Virus record (IMG/VR): IMGVR_UViG_3300030117_003369
Span: 1-64,000 of that record
Length of the DNA: 64,000 bases
Direction: 5' to 3' (one strand)
Source of the DNA: a virus
How positions within the stretch are numbered: position 1 is the first letter of the stretch; every line of letters starts with the position of its first letter. This document shows positions 7,744 through 21,339 of this stretch, piece after piece. Below the pieces are notes generated by a model. The model worked only from the letters and a program-made list of their open reading frames with translations. It ran no database searches and had not been told where the DNA came from. Position numbers and translations under genes: made by a program.

Positions 7744-7914
7744 ATGACAGGTGGAAAATCAGGAACAAGAGACAACCCAAGAGGCGTACCGAAAAGACCA
7801 GTAGTGTACTCAGGTATGCTTGAAGAAGAGAAAAAGCGATTCTTAGCGAACTGCCGCAAGTACGGCATGAGCAAGACTCAGTGGCGTAGGCTGCGACATG
7901 TCAGAAAACTCTGA
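7744..7914 (+). CDS. Small basic protein (56 aa)
   Basis: Read by hand: MTGGKSGTRDNPRG..., AGGAG upstream. Confidence 0.55.
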   Translation: MTGGKSGTRDNPRGVPKRPVVYSGMLEEEKKRFLANCRKYGMSKTQWRRLRHVRKL

Positions 7915-8169
7915 TGCGCAGGCGATCGCATGAAGCGAATCACAGTGAGAGTAAGAAAGACGGGTCGATTGGGCAAGCCTCTCGACTCGTCTTTCACAAG
8001 GGAAACCAAATACGCAAGAGATGAGAACAATGCAAATACACAGAATGACGAATGAAGAGTTTGAGATGTGGGAGTCGGGCCTATTGCCTGAACTTCCATG
8101 GGTATGCAAGATGGAAGAGAACCAATGCACGGCAGACAATCCATGCGATGGATGCTGGGGGTTCTTGAG

Positions 8170-8550
8170 ATGACGATTGAAAAAATGGCTAACCAAACCC
8201 TGTATGCAGAAACGGTACAGGTGATGGAGCACATAGACAAGAAGCCATCCGACATATCACGAATAGGTTCCTATGACGGTGAATACGAATGCACATGGGA
8301 TGAGTTCAAAGAACTCGCTGACTTTCACTACGACAGTGGTTTTGGCGGGGTGGAGGTAGCGACGGACTTGATAATCCTGTTCCGTGATGGCACTTGGCTT
8401 GAGCGAGATGAATACGATGGTTCAGAATGGTGGGTCCATCGTGTACCACCTGAGCCCATGTCCTTGTTCAAACTCGACTACAAACAAATCAAAAAGTTAC
8501 AGGGTCATGGTTCGATTGAGCATTTGGATGAAGAATATGAGGAAAGATGA
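8170..8550 (+). CDS. Conserved phage hypothetical protein
   Basis: YDSGFG...GTWLERDEYDGSEWW motif common in phage ORFs. ATG 8170 preferred. Confidence 0.7.
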   Translation: MTIEKMANQTLYAETVQVMEHIDKKPSDISRIGSYDGEYECTWDEFKELADFHYDSGFGGVEVATDLIILFRDGTWLERDEYDGSEWWVHRVPPEPMSLFKLDYKQIKKLQGHGSIEHLDEEYEER

Positions 8551-8684
8551 AGAATGACGAAAAAAATAGAGTTACCCGATTGGAAAGAACTTGGCATATT
8601 ATGGTACGAATACGATGAGAAAATCGCAGTGCTAGAATGGCGATTGGAGGATGCAATATTTGAGTTATACGGAGATGAAGAAGA

Positions 8685-11600
8685 ATGAACAGCGCAGAAA
8701 TGGAATACAACTTGAGCAGACACCCGGACCTGTACTACATGGACGAGGACGGGTTGATACGACTAAACGAAGAAGAATACGAGAAACAAACGGAGATGAA
8801 AACGATGATACCAACATTGACAACAGGCAAGAGAGATATGATTATACGAGCGAAGAATGGCAAAGTGTCACCTGATACTGAGAAGGACAAGAAATCCAAA
8901 CTAGATAGCATACAGGCGAGATACCCGAATGTGCAAATCTACTTGGAGTCCGATTGGGAGAGCATTGATGTTGCAGACATGGTTGCAGCAGAGAATGAGC
9001 ACACCAACTATGTACTGACACAGATTTGAGGCGAATAAATATGTCAACACATTGGATAAAATTAAGAGGCGAAGGAGGTACAACTTCTGACATGCTCAAG
9101 AGTTACGCAAGAGAAAATCATGTTGTAATGACTGAGGTAAAGCACTACTATTCATTTGAAATCATTCCTTGGGCTAAAATACACAAAAGTTTCGCCCATT
9201 GGCATGTTGCTATGGATGATGAAAATATGATTCTAATACACAATGCAGCAACGAATGTAACTGTCATGCTGACATTGGGTAGAGAATACGAGGAGGAATG
9301 AAAATGGTACGAAAAGTGTATAATTTGACACCGCACAGCATAGACATATGCGATAAGGAATTGAAGAAAGTAAAGAGCATCAAGCCTGATGGCTTGGTCG
9401 TGAGAGCAAAGATGGAAGAGGAGATATGGTGCACACTAGGTAACTCGGAAACGAGAATCCCCGTGTGGTCGATACAAGTCACCGACCCAATCGTGATAAA
9501 TGAATCACTTCAACTCACGATTGGCAAGACCCAAGAAATCTTCATCATCGTAAGCAGAATAGCCGCAGACGCGATCCTGAAGGATAATGGGGAAACCAAT
9601 GTCATATGGGATTATGTTTGGGAAGGCGTGAAACAAATCAATGTCTTGACCGTTCACAAATCACAGGTCAACAGAGAAACAGGTGAGCGATACGGGGCAC
9701 TAGGCTTCGCACTACAAGGACAGATAGGGAGATGAATGAATATGAGTAAACTAATTGATACGATGACATGGATGATAGGTTACATACCACGACTACACGA
9801 AATGCTAGTCGATGCAATCAGAGAAGGCGAGCAAGATTACAACCTAGTACATGAGATAGCAAACAGATACGATGAGATGTTTGGTACTGAACATGCACTA
9901 GCACTTGAGGAGGAGTTTAAATGAGTGAATTGAAGATTAGAATAGAGACAGACGAATGGATATACGAGGAGTGGATTGAATGAAGTGCTATGTTAATATC
10001 GAACACTTGTCACATAACCCAAGTGGTTCCCGCAAGAAGTGGTTTACTGATGGAGTTAAGACCTATGTATGTTCATTGACACCGGCCTATTTCATTTGGG
10101 AAAAGAACACCAAATATAATGACTATAATGGTTATTCGGGATATGTAAATTGCAAAGATGTGGAGTTGATTGAATGAAATACAAAAGACAAGGTGACGGC
10201 ACACTGTGCTACGGAATACTGGAAAGAATCGACTACTTCTTTGAAGAAGGATTCGATGAGAATGACAAAGGTGTGTTTGTGTTATTGGAACAAATGCAAG
10301 ACTACCTGTTGTGGACAGAAATGCAGAACACGATGGAGTCAATGCGCTTGAAGCAAAAGCAAGCACGAGCATTCATGGAAGGTGATTGGGAATGAGAAGT
10401 ACAGAAGAAAAGACGATTACAGCCGCACATGTTATGGCAGATTTGACCGGAGTCACACAGTATGTGTTTCGCATTGTGTGCTTTGAAGAGGATGGTTACA
10501 GTTGGCCTGAATACGACATTTCAGAGGATGAGTTGAAACATCACGACACACCTAACAGTGAATTGGTAACCATAGTGTTACCTAGCAGTAAGCAACAAAC
10601 AAACGAGGAGATGAACAAATGAAGATGACAACAGCAGAAAGAAACGAACTAGACAGACAACTATGGATAGGGACAGAATACGACCATAACTTCGGTATGG
10701 GTTGGGATGAAGAAGAAGTATTAGAGCACATGCGAGAGGTTTGCACTGTGACTGAGAAGTATAGCACAATTGCTTGCAATAATGGTACAATTGAACGCAC
10801 TACCACTTTACAATTCCATGACCGACAGGACATGATTGACTTCTACGAGTGCGAAATGAGACTCAAAGAGGACATTAAAGTGGATTACAAAGTTTGGGGG
10901 CACATTGACAGAATGACAATCGAGATTGAGCGACAGGTCAATTTCCTTGACAATGTGGATGCGATCAAGGCGTACTATCACGAAGGAGATGAAGAAGAAT
11001 GAGAATAATACACGCACCAAAATTAGCGATGGAAGTAATAGACAGAATGTGGGAAGAAGCAGGTTACATGGGTGGCAATCACACTGGTGATGACAGCAAC
11101 CCTTGGGTTGAGTTTGTTGGCGAATCTTTGATACTGTTGGCAAATATGTCAGTCGAAGAATATATGCAATTCCTATTAGAAATGCTACAAAGTAAGGAGG
11201 AATGAACATGATAAACGAACTAGACCTAATGGAAACACACTGGAATAACTACAAGGAGGACTACTCCGACCAAGCCATACTTCTTGCATCACACTTAGGT
11301 GTGTGCGTAAGTGAAGCCGAGTCATACATTTACAGCGAGGACTACTTGGTTCTCACAGACGAACAGGCTGACGAAGCAGTGCGTGAAGAAATAGAGGAAA
11401 TGGTATGGGCATTCAACCCATCCTTCCTATTTGCACACACAGGCGTAGACAGTGGTACACTCAAGATAGTGCAAGAGTCATTGTGCGAGGATGCAAACGA
11501 GGCAATCACGGCCATGATAAAAGACTTCGACTACTTTGTTGAAGAAGCAGTGCGTATGGATGGGCGAGGACATTTCCTTGCTGGCTACGACCACAAAGAG

Positions 11601-14600
11601 CATGAAGTACGCTACCTATCAGTGGTGCGTGAGGGACTGTGCTACAAGACTGAAGAAACATGCTACTACATTTACAGGAGGAACTGAACATGACAGAGAA
11701 AGAATACGAGATAGAGATTACGCACATATACCGCATACAAGGTAAGGATGCTTGGGATGCTGTGTGCAAAGCAGAAGATACAGACATTGTAGACATTGTG
11801 GATTACAGAGTAATCAAAGAATACGAACTGGAGGAATGAAGAATGACAAACGAACAAGAAGAATGGACACCACCGTATCACGAGTGGACATTAAGAGAAA
11901 TAAACCAATGGAACAACATCAAAACCAATGACCCTAAAGAGTGGGATAATTGGCATGGAATGAAAGTGAAGAACTTAGTTGCAGCACTTGTAACATACAA
12001 TCCCAACATGCCTATATGCATCAGGGATAGCATTGGATGGCGTGGACAAGACAACTACGGTATTGAAATGAGGAATGTAATTATCAAGGCTAATGGTGCA
12101 AATGACTACGACCAATGTCGTGACGCTATCAGAGCAGGTACTATGCCGTACATGGAAGTCCTTGTACTGACGAAGGAATATTACAATAGTAACAGTGAGC
12201 ACATTGATGCTTACGGTTTTGAGATTGAGGAGGAATGAATATGGCGAACATGAGTTATTGTAGATGGGAGAACACATACAGCGATTGGCTTGATTGCTTA
12301 GAAAGTATAGAAGATGATTGGAATGCTGAAAGGCACGAAAACATGTTCGATGGCTATTCTTACAGCAAGAATGGTGGTAAAGAATGGAGAGCGAAGAAGA
12401 ACATGATTCAGTCTATACTGGACAGCGTATCGACACTAGAGTATGAACTACGACAGATGACAGACTACGAAGAAAACTACAAGGAGGAAGAGTGAAAATG
12501 GGACTGAATGGATGTATAAAATCGACACCAACGCTAGGTGTAACATGCGAGGACTGTGGCAAGGAAGGCAACATGCACCGAGGTTGGATTTTGGAAATGA
12601 GAGATAGGCCAACACTCCGCATTTGTTGGATGTGTTGCAACAAAAAAATAAGACAACAAGGAGAGGAAGAATAATGATAGAAAGATTAGACATGGAAAGA
12701 GACAGTTGGGTAAGATGGGAGAACTCGTTTGGCGGGAGTCAACCTGAGAAAAGAACGATGAAGATAACAGCATGGGCTTGCGCTGATAGACAGCGTGGTG
12801 GCTTTGAGATATACGACACTGAATCCGGTGGCGAAAGTTACTACGGTGAAGGTGGCATGTGGTTTGGTGATGATGGATTCATCAACGACTACGATGGTGT
12901 GTTCTCATTGGACAGAGACATCATACTTTGGTTAGACGACTTGGGTATGGTAGCACCTGATGGCTGGTTTAGAAAAGAAATTGAAAAGATAAAGAAGGAG
13001 GAATGAACATGGCATTGAGAGTAGGAATAGAAAATGGAACAAAAAAGGGCTTTACTAAAGACGAGATAGAATTAACCAACTCATTCGGTATGGGTGTACT
13101 GGCAATGGTAACTGGTGTTGGTAAAATTGGTGGAAAATGTGGGTACAGAGGCACAAACCTCTCTGTACAAGAAGCACACGATCGATTCACAGTGGCACTT
13201 GAAGGACTTGAAATCTTCAACGACCAAGAGCCTGTGAAAGAAATCATAACGCTTGATTTCGTACAGCGCATGGCTGATGCAGATTGGTCTTGTAATGTGA
13301 GTAACGAATCGAAAGAGGAGTTCCTTCACAAAATGTGCGCACAAGTAATGGGCAATTTGCTCAGTAGGACTCGTACAAAAACACTGGGTACATACTACCA
13401 TCAAACATCTTGGAATGACTTACAGTCACGAAGAGAAAATGTAAGAATGTTGATTGGTACATTGTTGTCAGAAGATGAGGATAGAGACTACTACATGCAT
13501 GAGATGATTGATTCGATTACTCATGACTTTGACTTTTGGCACAACGAGAAGTTTTACGGTGACAAGTATCTGATTTACGATGAAGAAACAAACAGGTTCA
13601 GTCTATCAGATGAGAACCCAAACGAGGAGGAATGAATATGAAAGTAATGGAATTAGAAGAAGGAATGAATGTAATTAACCCAAGTCGTTTTGGGAAAATG
13701 CATGTGTTTGTGAAGAATGGAAATGTGTACAAAATGACCGTTTTCAATTCATCAATTAGCAAAAGAAAAACACATGTACAGCAATACAGAGGCAAGAAGT
13801 TGCATCATGTGGACTTAGAAATTAAAGCAGACGGGTTGGAATGAACATGGCAAACATACGAAAAATGGCAAAGCACTTGAGAGAGTTGAGAGAAAGTTAC
13901 GAACACCTCATGCAAATTACTGGAGCACTGAAGCACACACTAGAGGCGATTGCAGAGCAGCCAAGAAACGGTGACTGGGTAGTTGAGAAGTTAGAAGAGG
14001 CTGGCGTACCGATAGGTGGCGAAGAAGAATGAGCCGCACCTACGATCGCAGTGACGCAGAGATAGAGGCCATAATCGAAGAAGCCCAAAAGAGGCAGAAC
14101 AAACACTACACGGCTATGATGAATTGTCCGAAAAAGGCTCGCCTGTATCACATGAGAAATTACAAGGGACTTGAAGGAGTCATTGTCATGGGTGAATGGT
14201 GTTTAGGTAACAAAGACATAACGAAAGCAAGAGTATTAGGAGATGAATGAGATGAACAGAGAAGAAGCAATAGAGAAACTGAAAGAAGCAATCAAAGAAG
14301 GCGATGTGCTGTGGACTGACCTAAGACATGTGTCTAAGTCAGGCATGACAAGACACATAGGGGTGCGTTACATCAAAAACAACTACCCTCTCAACTACAC
14401 TCACCTTGTAGCAAAGGCACTGGGTTCTAAAGTCAGTGATAGATATGATGGTATCAAGAGAGTGGGGTGTGGTATGGATATGGGCTTTGACCTTATCTAC
14501 AACTTATCCTATGTCCTCTATGGCGATGGCTACGCGATCAATCAGAGGTGGCTTTGAATGAGTTATGAAGAAGATGAAAAATACATTTACGAAAACGGAG

Positions 14601-15713
14601 ATTGTGATGTAATGGAGGACTACTACATCTGTGAAACTATATTGTGGGAAGCAAGAGATAAGATTGACCCACCTTACAAGGACTATGTGATGTTTGCATC
14701 GAGTGACCCTGAAACAAATGTTTCACATTTGGTGAATGAAATGGATATAGACCTTGAGGATATTTCAGTCGTCATCATAGGCGGTCACGAAACAATTTGG
14801 TACAAGAAGGAGGAATAGGAATGAGTGGATTTGAAGAAGCGTGGGGATATACTACATGGAATGCAAGTGAAATGAATACTGATGAGAAATTATGCAGAAT
14901 TATACACTTGTTAGAAATTATCATACAAAACATGAATATTGGGGAATGAACATGATGAGAGGATATAATGAGTTTAAGAAACAAAGAGAATTGACAGAAA
15001 AGAGACAGTGTGAACTAGGGGATGGTACTTGGGTCAGTGTACAAGCAAACGAGTTTGTCTATTGTGTACCAAGAGTGAACAACGCTAAGTCTTACAAGGC
15101 AGTTGAGGCTTGGTTTTACACAAAGCACAAATGTTACTTGACCCAAGAACCACTTGCGTACTTACCTGCGACAGAACTCATGGATATGATTGAGTCGCAT
15201 GGTGGACTTGTATCGGGTGAGTTGCCGCCACTTAACTTAGGAGATGAAGAAGAATGACGGACATACCAATTAGTATCAAAGGGTTGAATGAAGCGATAAA
15301 AGAAATCGAAGCCATCTGTCTTGATAGACACCGAACAGGTTACCATGCAGGTATGCACGGTAGTAACATCGAGTGGATTATGCAGGGTTACGCACACATC
15401 TTGGAGATACTGGAAGTAGGCTACCTGTGCTTCTGCGGTAAGTTCAACACAGATAACGACATGTGTAACCACTCACCTGATGACGAAGAAGAATGGAGGG
15501 AAGAAAATGGGCAAACTGAAACAGATAGAGATTGAATTGAATGACTTGAAACAAGCGTTGGAGCACATCGAAAATGCAATTGATGAGTACACGGCCATAG
15601 ACTGGCCTCATGGTGTAGACATACCTCATCATGTAGCGATGGAAATGGAGGAAGCACGATGGCAAATAGAGCACAGAATAAGAGTGATAGAGGACAAACT
15701 GGAGAGGATTTAG
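8685..15713 (+). other. Run of short translationally coupled hypothetical genes (e.g. 8685-9029, 9298-9735, 10174-10395, 10619-11002, 11202-11687, 11843-12238, 12235-12495, 13003-13635, 13632-13844, 14243-14557, 14558-14818, 14821-14949, 14946-15257, 15254-15535)
   Basis: Contiguous plus-strand ORFs, mostly with GGAGG RBS and ATGA stop/start overlaps, acidic composition. Confidence 0.8.
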
Positions 15714-15714
15714 A

Positions 15715-16452
15715 ATGAACATAATGAGAATAGGAGATGCGAAAGCGTGTATAGAAGAAGATGGATTGGTGATGAACACATGGATTCTCGATCCGCCTTA
15801 CAACATTGGGTTCGATTACGAATCGGATTTCAAAGACAACAAGAAGCCTGATGTGTATGCGTCAGAATTGGTGGACATCATACATGCCTGTGCCAAGTCA
15901 CTACGATTTGATGGTTCACTGTTTATCATACACTATCCTGAGATTATCTCACGACTAGTTGATATGATAGAGGGTGACATTCGGAACCACACAGGTTTGG
16001 AACTACATCAATGGATTACATGGGTGTACCCATCCAACATCGGACACAGCAAGTCCAAGTTCACAAGGGCAAGCAGGGCCATCCTATGGTTCAAGAAGCG
16101 TGGACAGAAGCCCAAGTTCAATCACTTGGCAACGGTTCAACCGTACCGTAATCCAAACGACAAGCGCATCAAGCAGCGTATTGCTGACGGACACAAGGGT
16201 GTAGTCCACTATGACTGGTGGGAAATCAACATGTGTAAGAATGTCAGCAAGGACTATCGTGGCTATGTAAATCAGATTCCTTACAAGTTGCTGGAGAGAT
16301 TGATTCTCCACACCACTGACGACCACGACTGGGTTGGCGATTGCTTCGCTGGCTCCGGGTCCACGATAGCGGCAGCGCAGAAGTTAGGAAGAAACGGTTG
16401 GGGTTGTGACATCAACCCTGAGTGCAAAGAATACTGGAGTGATTTAGAATGA
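15715..16452 (+). CDS. DNA amino-methyltransferase, beta class (N4-C/N6-A)
   Basis: Catalytic DPPY near the N-terminus, SAM-binding DCFAGSGST near the C-terminus. Confidence 0.9.
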   Translation: MNIMRIGDAKACIEEDGLVMNTWILDPPYNIGFDYESDFKDNKKPDVYASELVDIIHACAKSLRFDGSLFIIHYPEIISRLVDMIEGDIRNHTGLELHQWITWVYPSNIGHSKSKFTRASRAILWFKKRGQKPKFNHLATVQPYRNPNDKRIKQRIADGHKGVVHYDWWEINMCKNVSKDYRGYVNQIPYKLLERLILHTTDDHDWVGDCFAGSGSTIAAAQKLGRNGWGCDINPECKEYWSDLE

Positions 16453-17495
16453 CTGATACAATTAGTAAATGGGCGATGCGTCAAGACTTGATACAGTGCA
16501 TGGGCTGTAAAGGCTATGACAAATCGAAATACATAATGTGGAAACCTTGGCGTGGTACAGTTATGCCATACTGTACAGAAGAATGTTACAGGAGTGATTT
16601 AGAATGAAGATTACAATTATAACAAAACGAATGGGTTGTATGTCGGGTGGCGAATTGGATATTTACTACGCACTAAATCCTGACAAGCGATTCAGAATAA
16701 AACACAAGAAAGGTGCGCTTGATGGCGTAGATTGGACTAAGTTGAAACTAGGAGGCGAAGAAGAATGAGTGGCTGTTGGATAAGAGCATACAGTGAATGG
16801 GAAACTAAAGGATTCGCTGAACAAGATGTTGAGATGTTGAAAACGCAAGGTAAGAAGGCTCGACTCAATAGTACTACACGACCTGTCAAGACACCATTCG
16901 GAACGATTACAGGCAAGCGTTGGTTTGCTGAAGAGTATAAACCTAATTGGATTAAGGTCAAAGATAAGGGCGCATGGGGAGGTTTTCGATATGAGATTAT
17001 CAAAGGAGGCGAAGAAGAATGATAGAAACAATACACGGAGTGGCAGAGATGCTAGTAATGACAGAGAAAGACGGACAGATGGAGATAGTATTGGAGTTGA
17101 TAGAATGAATATGGAAACATTACAAGAGGCATACAGACAGTTGCAAAGAGATTACATTGACGCACAGAACAAACTGCAAGACATAGGATTTGTACTCGCA
17201 GATGCTGCACAATACCCTGCGGATAGAAGTCCTGCGGGAATGTACATCAAAGAGATTGTAAAAATATGGGAGCGTGATTGAATGAATGGTAATTACTTTG
17301 GCGAATGTACAAATGAAGAAAGGGACTGCGGGAATGAATCGGTGCTAATTGAAGTCGATTTACATGACAGCCCAATGAGTGCTAGTGACGGAAATGTGGA
17401 ATGGTGTTTCACTGGTGAATGTGCTGTATGTGGTAAGGGGCACACATTGACTGTGTATGGGACAGTGCAGGGACATGACTTTGACGGTGATTGAA

Positions 17496-18029
17496 ATGAG
17501 CAACGCATACTATAACAAATCAGAAACAGTTGAGTGGGGTACACCCCAACAATTCTTTGACAACATGAACAAGAGGTTCGGCCCGTTCACACTGGATGCG
17601 GCTGCATCTAACTTGAATCACAAGTGTAAGCATTACTTCACAAAGAGTGATGATGCATTGAGCAGGAGTTGGACTATGCCTGACAACATCATAACTAAGC
17701 AAAACATCGTTTGGTGCAACCCACCTTACGGACATGGTGTTGGCAAATGGGTGCAGAAAGCAGTCGAAGAAGTTCAGGCTGGTAACTGTATGGGAGTAGT
17801 CATGCTCCTGCGATCGACAACTGATGTCAAGTGGTTCCATGACTGGGCTTGGCCTTACTGTTCAGAGATGATATTTGTCAAGGGGCGCATGTGCTTTGAC
17901 AAAGGTGACGGTGAGAACAAACCAGCAGTGTTCCCTTCAATCGTGTTGGTGATTGACAGGGCATTCTTGGGAATGCCGGGTGCCCCAAACATCAGTAGAG
18001 TAGACACAAACGGAGAGAGATTAATATGA
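17496..18029 (+). CDS. Phage Dam-like DNA N6-adenine methyltransferase
   Basis: EWGTPQ, FTLDAAAS, WCNPPY, TDVKWFH and KGR motifs. Confidence 0.88.
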   Translation: MSNAYYNKSETVEWGTPQQFFDNMNKRFGPFTLDAAASNLNHKCKHYFTKSDDALSRSWTMPDNIITKQNIVWCNPPYGHGVGKWVQKAVEEVQAGNCMGVVMLLRSTTDVKWFHDWAWPYCSEMIFVKGRMCFDKGDGENKPAVFPSIVLVIDRAFLGMPGAPNISRVDTNGERLI

Positions 18030-18460
18030 GAGAGATAACATACAGAGTATACAAAATAGATGAACACCCTGACAAAGATAGGTGCTTTGGTTGGGTTAGA
18101 GATAACATGCACGATTTAGGTCAGCATGAAGTAAATGACTTAATCAATTCTTTAGTAAAACTGAGGGAAACTATTGGAGGGCAACTACATTATTCCATAA
18201 GTCAAACGCCGGACAGAGGCGGGTTCATTTATTTCAAAAATTACAACGAAGAAGCGTTGGCCGAGTTGGATGAAGTATCATGCCCGCTGACTGGAGTATT
18301 TTGCGACCATGATGTGATTGAATGCATCAGAAACAATGACATCGTAGAACTCTTTAAGCGACTTCACGATTGGTGTGAGTATCATTACACAGATGAAGCA
18401 ATCGAAGAGCAAGCCCTTGTTAATGACTGGGAGTTTACAATTGAGGGGAGATTAATATGA
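18026..18460 (+). CDS. Conserved phage hypothetical protein
   Basis: ORF track. CPLTG and C-terminal NDWEFTIEG motif. Confidence 0.7.
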   Translation: MREITYRVYKIDEHPDKDRCFGWVRDNMHDLGQHEVNDLINSLVKLRETIGGQLHYSISQTPDRGGFIYFKNYNEEALAELDEVSCPLTGVFCDHDVIECIRNNDIVELFKRLHDWCEYHYTDEAIEEQALVNDWEFTIEGRLI

Positions 18461-19167
18461 GCAACAAAATATACACAGTAGAAAGTAATGACGGCATGAC
18501 GATATTCAATGATGTAGAGGCATTGGGTATGGAACTTAGGGACATACTGCTTAGAGAAGTAGATGGGCTTTGGGAAGAAGAAGCAGACCATTGGAATATT
18601 TGCGGTGACGAATATCAAGTCGAGCCGAAGTATGCCTTTGCATGTATGCTCTATGAAACCCTAACTAAGAATTATCAGAAGAATAATCAGTTGAGAAACA
18701 TAGCACACTGCTACGGCTTAACACCATTACAATTACCCCTCTTCACTACAAATGGTTATTGGGACTGGCGTGACATGCAAGGCATGAAAGATTGCCATGC
18801 TCGCCTTGATGAAATGGTGGAATGGAGAGATGAGTTTGTTAATCGCATCAAGACTACCTTCCCCTCCAGCGGCTTCACATACAAGAACTCAGGCTACAAT
18901 CGCAGGACTGGCGATGAGTGGGTTCGCACAGTGACAGTCAAGGTGGTCGATCTTGACAAGGAGTTCTTCAACGCACCCAAAGTCAAAGTCAATCAGACAA
19001 CTGCGGCTCGTGTCGAGGAGGAACACTGGGCGCATTACAATTCTAAAGAAGGCAAGGCTGAGAGAAAGGCAGCAGCAGAGAGGCAGCGTGAGATTAGCAT
19101 GACTATGCTAGAGAACGGCTGGCACAACATGAGTACCGATGATGATGGTACAGTGAGGATGTGGTAG
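18457..19167 (+). CDS. Hypothetical protein
   Basis: 236 aa coupled ORF. Confidence 0.75.
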   Translation: MSNKIYTVESNDGMTIFNDVEALGMELRDILLREVDGLWEEEADHWNICGDEYQVEPKYAFACMLYETLTKNYQKNNQLRNIAHCYGLTPLQLPLFTTNGYWDWRDMQGMKDCHARLDEMVEWRDEFVNRIKTTFPSSGFTYKNSGYNRRTGDEWVRTVTVKVVDLDKEFFNAPKVKVNQTTAARVEEEHWAHYNSKEGKAERKAAAERQREISMTMLENGWHNMSTDDDGTVRMW

Positions 19168-19168
19168 A

Positions 19169-20746
19169 ATGATTGACACAGACAAATACGAAGGACATAC
19201 AGAAGGGCCTTGGACTCTTAGTGAAGAATACGCTTACGAGTTATTCATTTATGCAGGTGATGTAAGGCTTGCTAAGATGGATGGTAATGCACCACTTCAT
19301 ACTAATGAGCATGGCAATCCCGAAGATGTAAATGCACAACTCATAGCAGACGCACCACTTCTCTTAGCAGAAGTCAAGCGGTTGCGTGGTGTGATAGCAA
19401 AAGTATGGGACTTGATACAGAACTCAAACCACGAAGAACGAGAGATGTTCTTTTGGGGCTTTGATAAAAAGAATACAGGTTGGATAAAGAGGTATGAAGA
19501 ACTCGCTATGAAGGAATTGAATTGGGATTGGTGGGGTGAAGAAGAATGATTGACAAAGACAAATACGAATACATGGTAACACACATAAAGAGTGGAGAAT
19601 CAGATGGGCCATTTGCTACCTACGAAGAAGCAAAGGCTCACTATGATTCACACGATGAAGAATGGCGTGAAGCACATTACATTGAGGAAGTGAGAGAATG
19701 ATTGACACAGACAAATACGAAGGGCATACAGAAGGAGAATGGAGATGGTATGAAGGGGCGAGACACAAAACACTCATTGGTGTTATGTTGTTTGGAGAGG
19801 ATGGAAACAATGTGCATCCAAAACCAGCAGACGCACAACTCATAGCAGACGCACCACTACTGCTCGCAGGATTCAAGCGGTGGAAGAAAGAACATGATAC
19901 AGTGCGTGGTTGGTTTTTGGACATAGACAACTACATGATGGAACACCACCACGATATGTGGCAAGAGATAAGAAAGGAGATTGGTTTAGATGATTGACAC
20001 AGACAAATACGAAGGACACACACCGGGGCCGTGGGACACTTTGGTGTGTTCCACCACTGGAAAGAAGTGGGTAATTGATGGGCCTGAAGATTCAGCATGG
20101 GAGACTATCGCTTTGGTTGAAGGAATAGGTGAAAATGATGTGGGTTGGATTAACATGTGGCTCATAGCAGACGCACCACTTCTCCTTGAAGCGTACAAGC
20201 GGTTGCGTAAAGGTATCATTGATATTGCTGACAAATGGGAGCAACCCTCTATCATAAGGGGATTCCTCAAGGAGTTGAAGGAGTTGATTGAATGAACATA
20301 GATATATTTGTAGAACAATGGATGGGACCGGAATCACTTGACTACTACTACATAGATTGGGTAGTCAAAGAAGTCAAGCGGTTGCAGAAAGAAGTAGACC
20401 TACTATCAATTGATGTTTGCGAATCACTGGAACTGATATTAGATGCACACCATCCTGAAGTAAAGGATAGTGTGATGTCTATGTTTGGTGATGCGATAGG
20501 AGATAACTGGCCCTACTACGGGACACCATTACCGAATAAGGAGATGATTGAATGATTGACACAGACAAATGCGAACACATACTATACGATACCATGTTCA
20601 ATCCGATTGATGTGTATAATGTTGCAGAAGAATTACTCGCAGAGGTCAAGCGGTTGCGTGAAGAAAATGAGCGACTAAAAGACATTGTTGAGAAAGCGAA
20701 TGGGTATGGTAGTTATGACAAAGAATACATGGAGATGATTGAATGA
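19169..20746 (+). repeat. Tandem array of six mosaic paralogous genes (19169-19549, 19546-19701, 19698-19997, 19990-20295, 20292-20555, 20552-20746)
   Basis: Shared MIDTDKYEGHT(E/P)GxW start and/or IADAPLLLxxxKR segment, with matching DNA repeats. Confidence 0.85.
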
Positions 20747-21339
20747 GTGAATATCAAACAATGAATTATGCAGATGCTTTCAAACCTGTAGGTAAGAAAG
20801 TTAATTTTGATAATGGGTGGGTACACGCTCATCCAGTTGAAGAGGAACACTACCGAGAGGGTACATACAAATGTACACTTCATGTAGAAGAGCGATCTAA
20901 TCTCATACCACTTTGGGCTGAAGTCAAAGAGTGGTTGAAGAAACAAAATGCAGAGTTTACCATACTAATTGGTAAGTACAAAAGAGGGGGCACACAACCC
21001 TACTGTTTGGCTTGGGAGAAAGGGCAGTAAAATGCCATACCTTTCAAAATTAAAACGAAACAGTTTATAGTGTGGAGCAAATAGATTAGAAATAACGGAG
21101 ATGGATAGTATGAATGAACTAGACAGATGGAAAAGAATGTGGGACAAAGAAGAAAAGAAATTGGTTACAGAAATTAACCGATGTCGCAAAGAAAATGCCA
21201 GTGTGCGACGCTTGCTTCAAAAAGAATATGTGAAGTTAGAACGCATAGAAAAGGTAGCAAGGAAATGGTTCGACCAACACGACTGGTCTTACGCTGAGAT
21301 ATTAGAAATACTTGGCGTTGAGTTTGGTGAAGAGGAGGA

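Noticed and set aside
14821-14949. Small ORF starting MSGFEEAWGY as another tagged protein
   Set aside because: Only a partial match, lacks LLK, and lies on the early strand
19169-20746. Repeats as a CRISPR array or diversity-generating retroelement
   Set aside because: The repeats are in-frame coding segments with irregular spacing, with no reverse transcriptase and no adenine-specific variation
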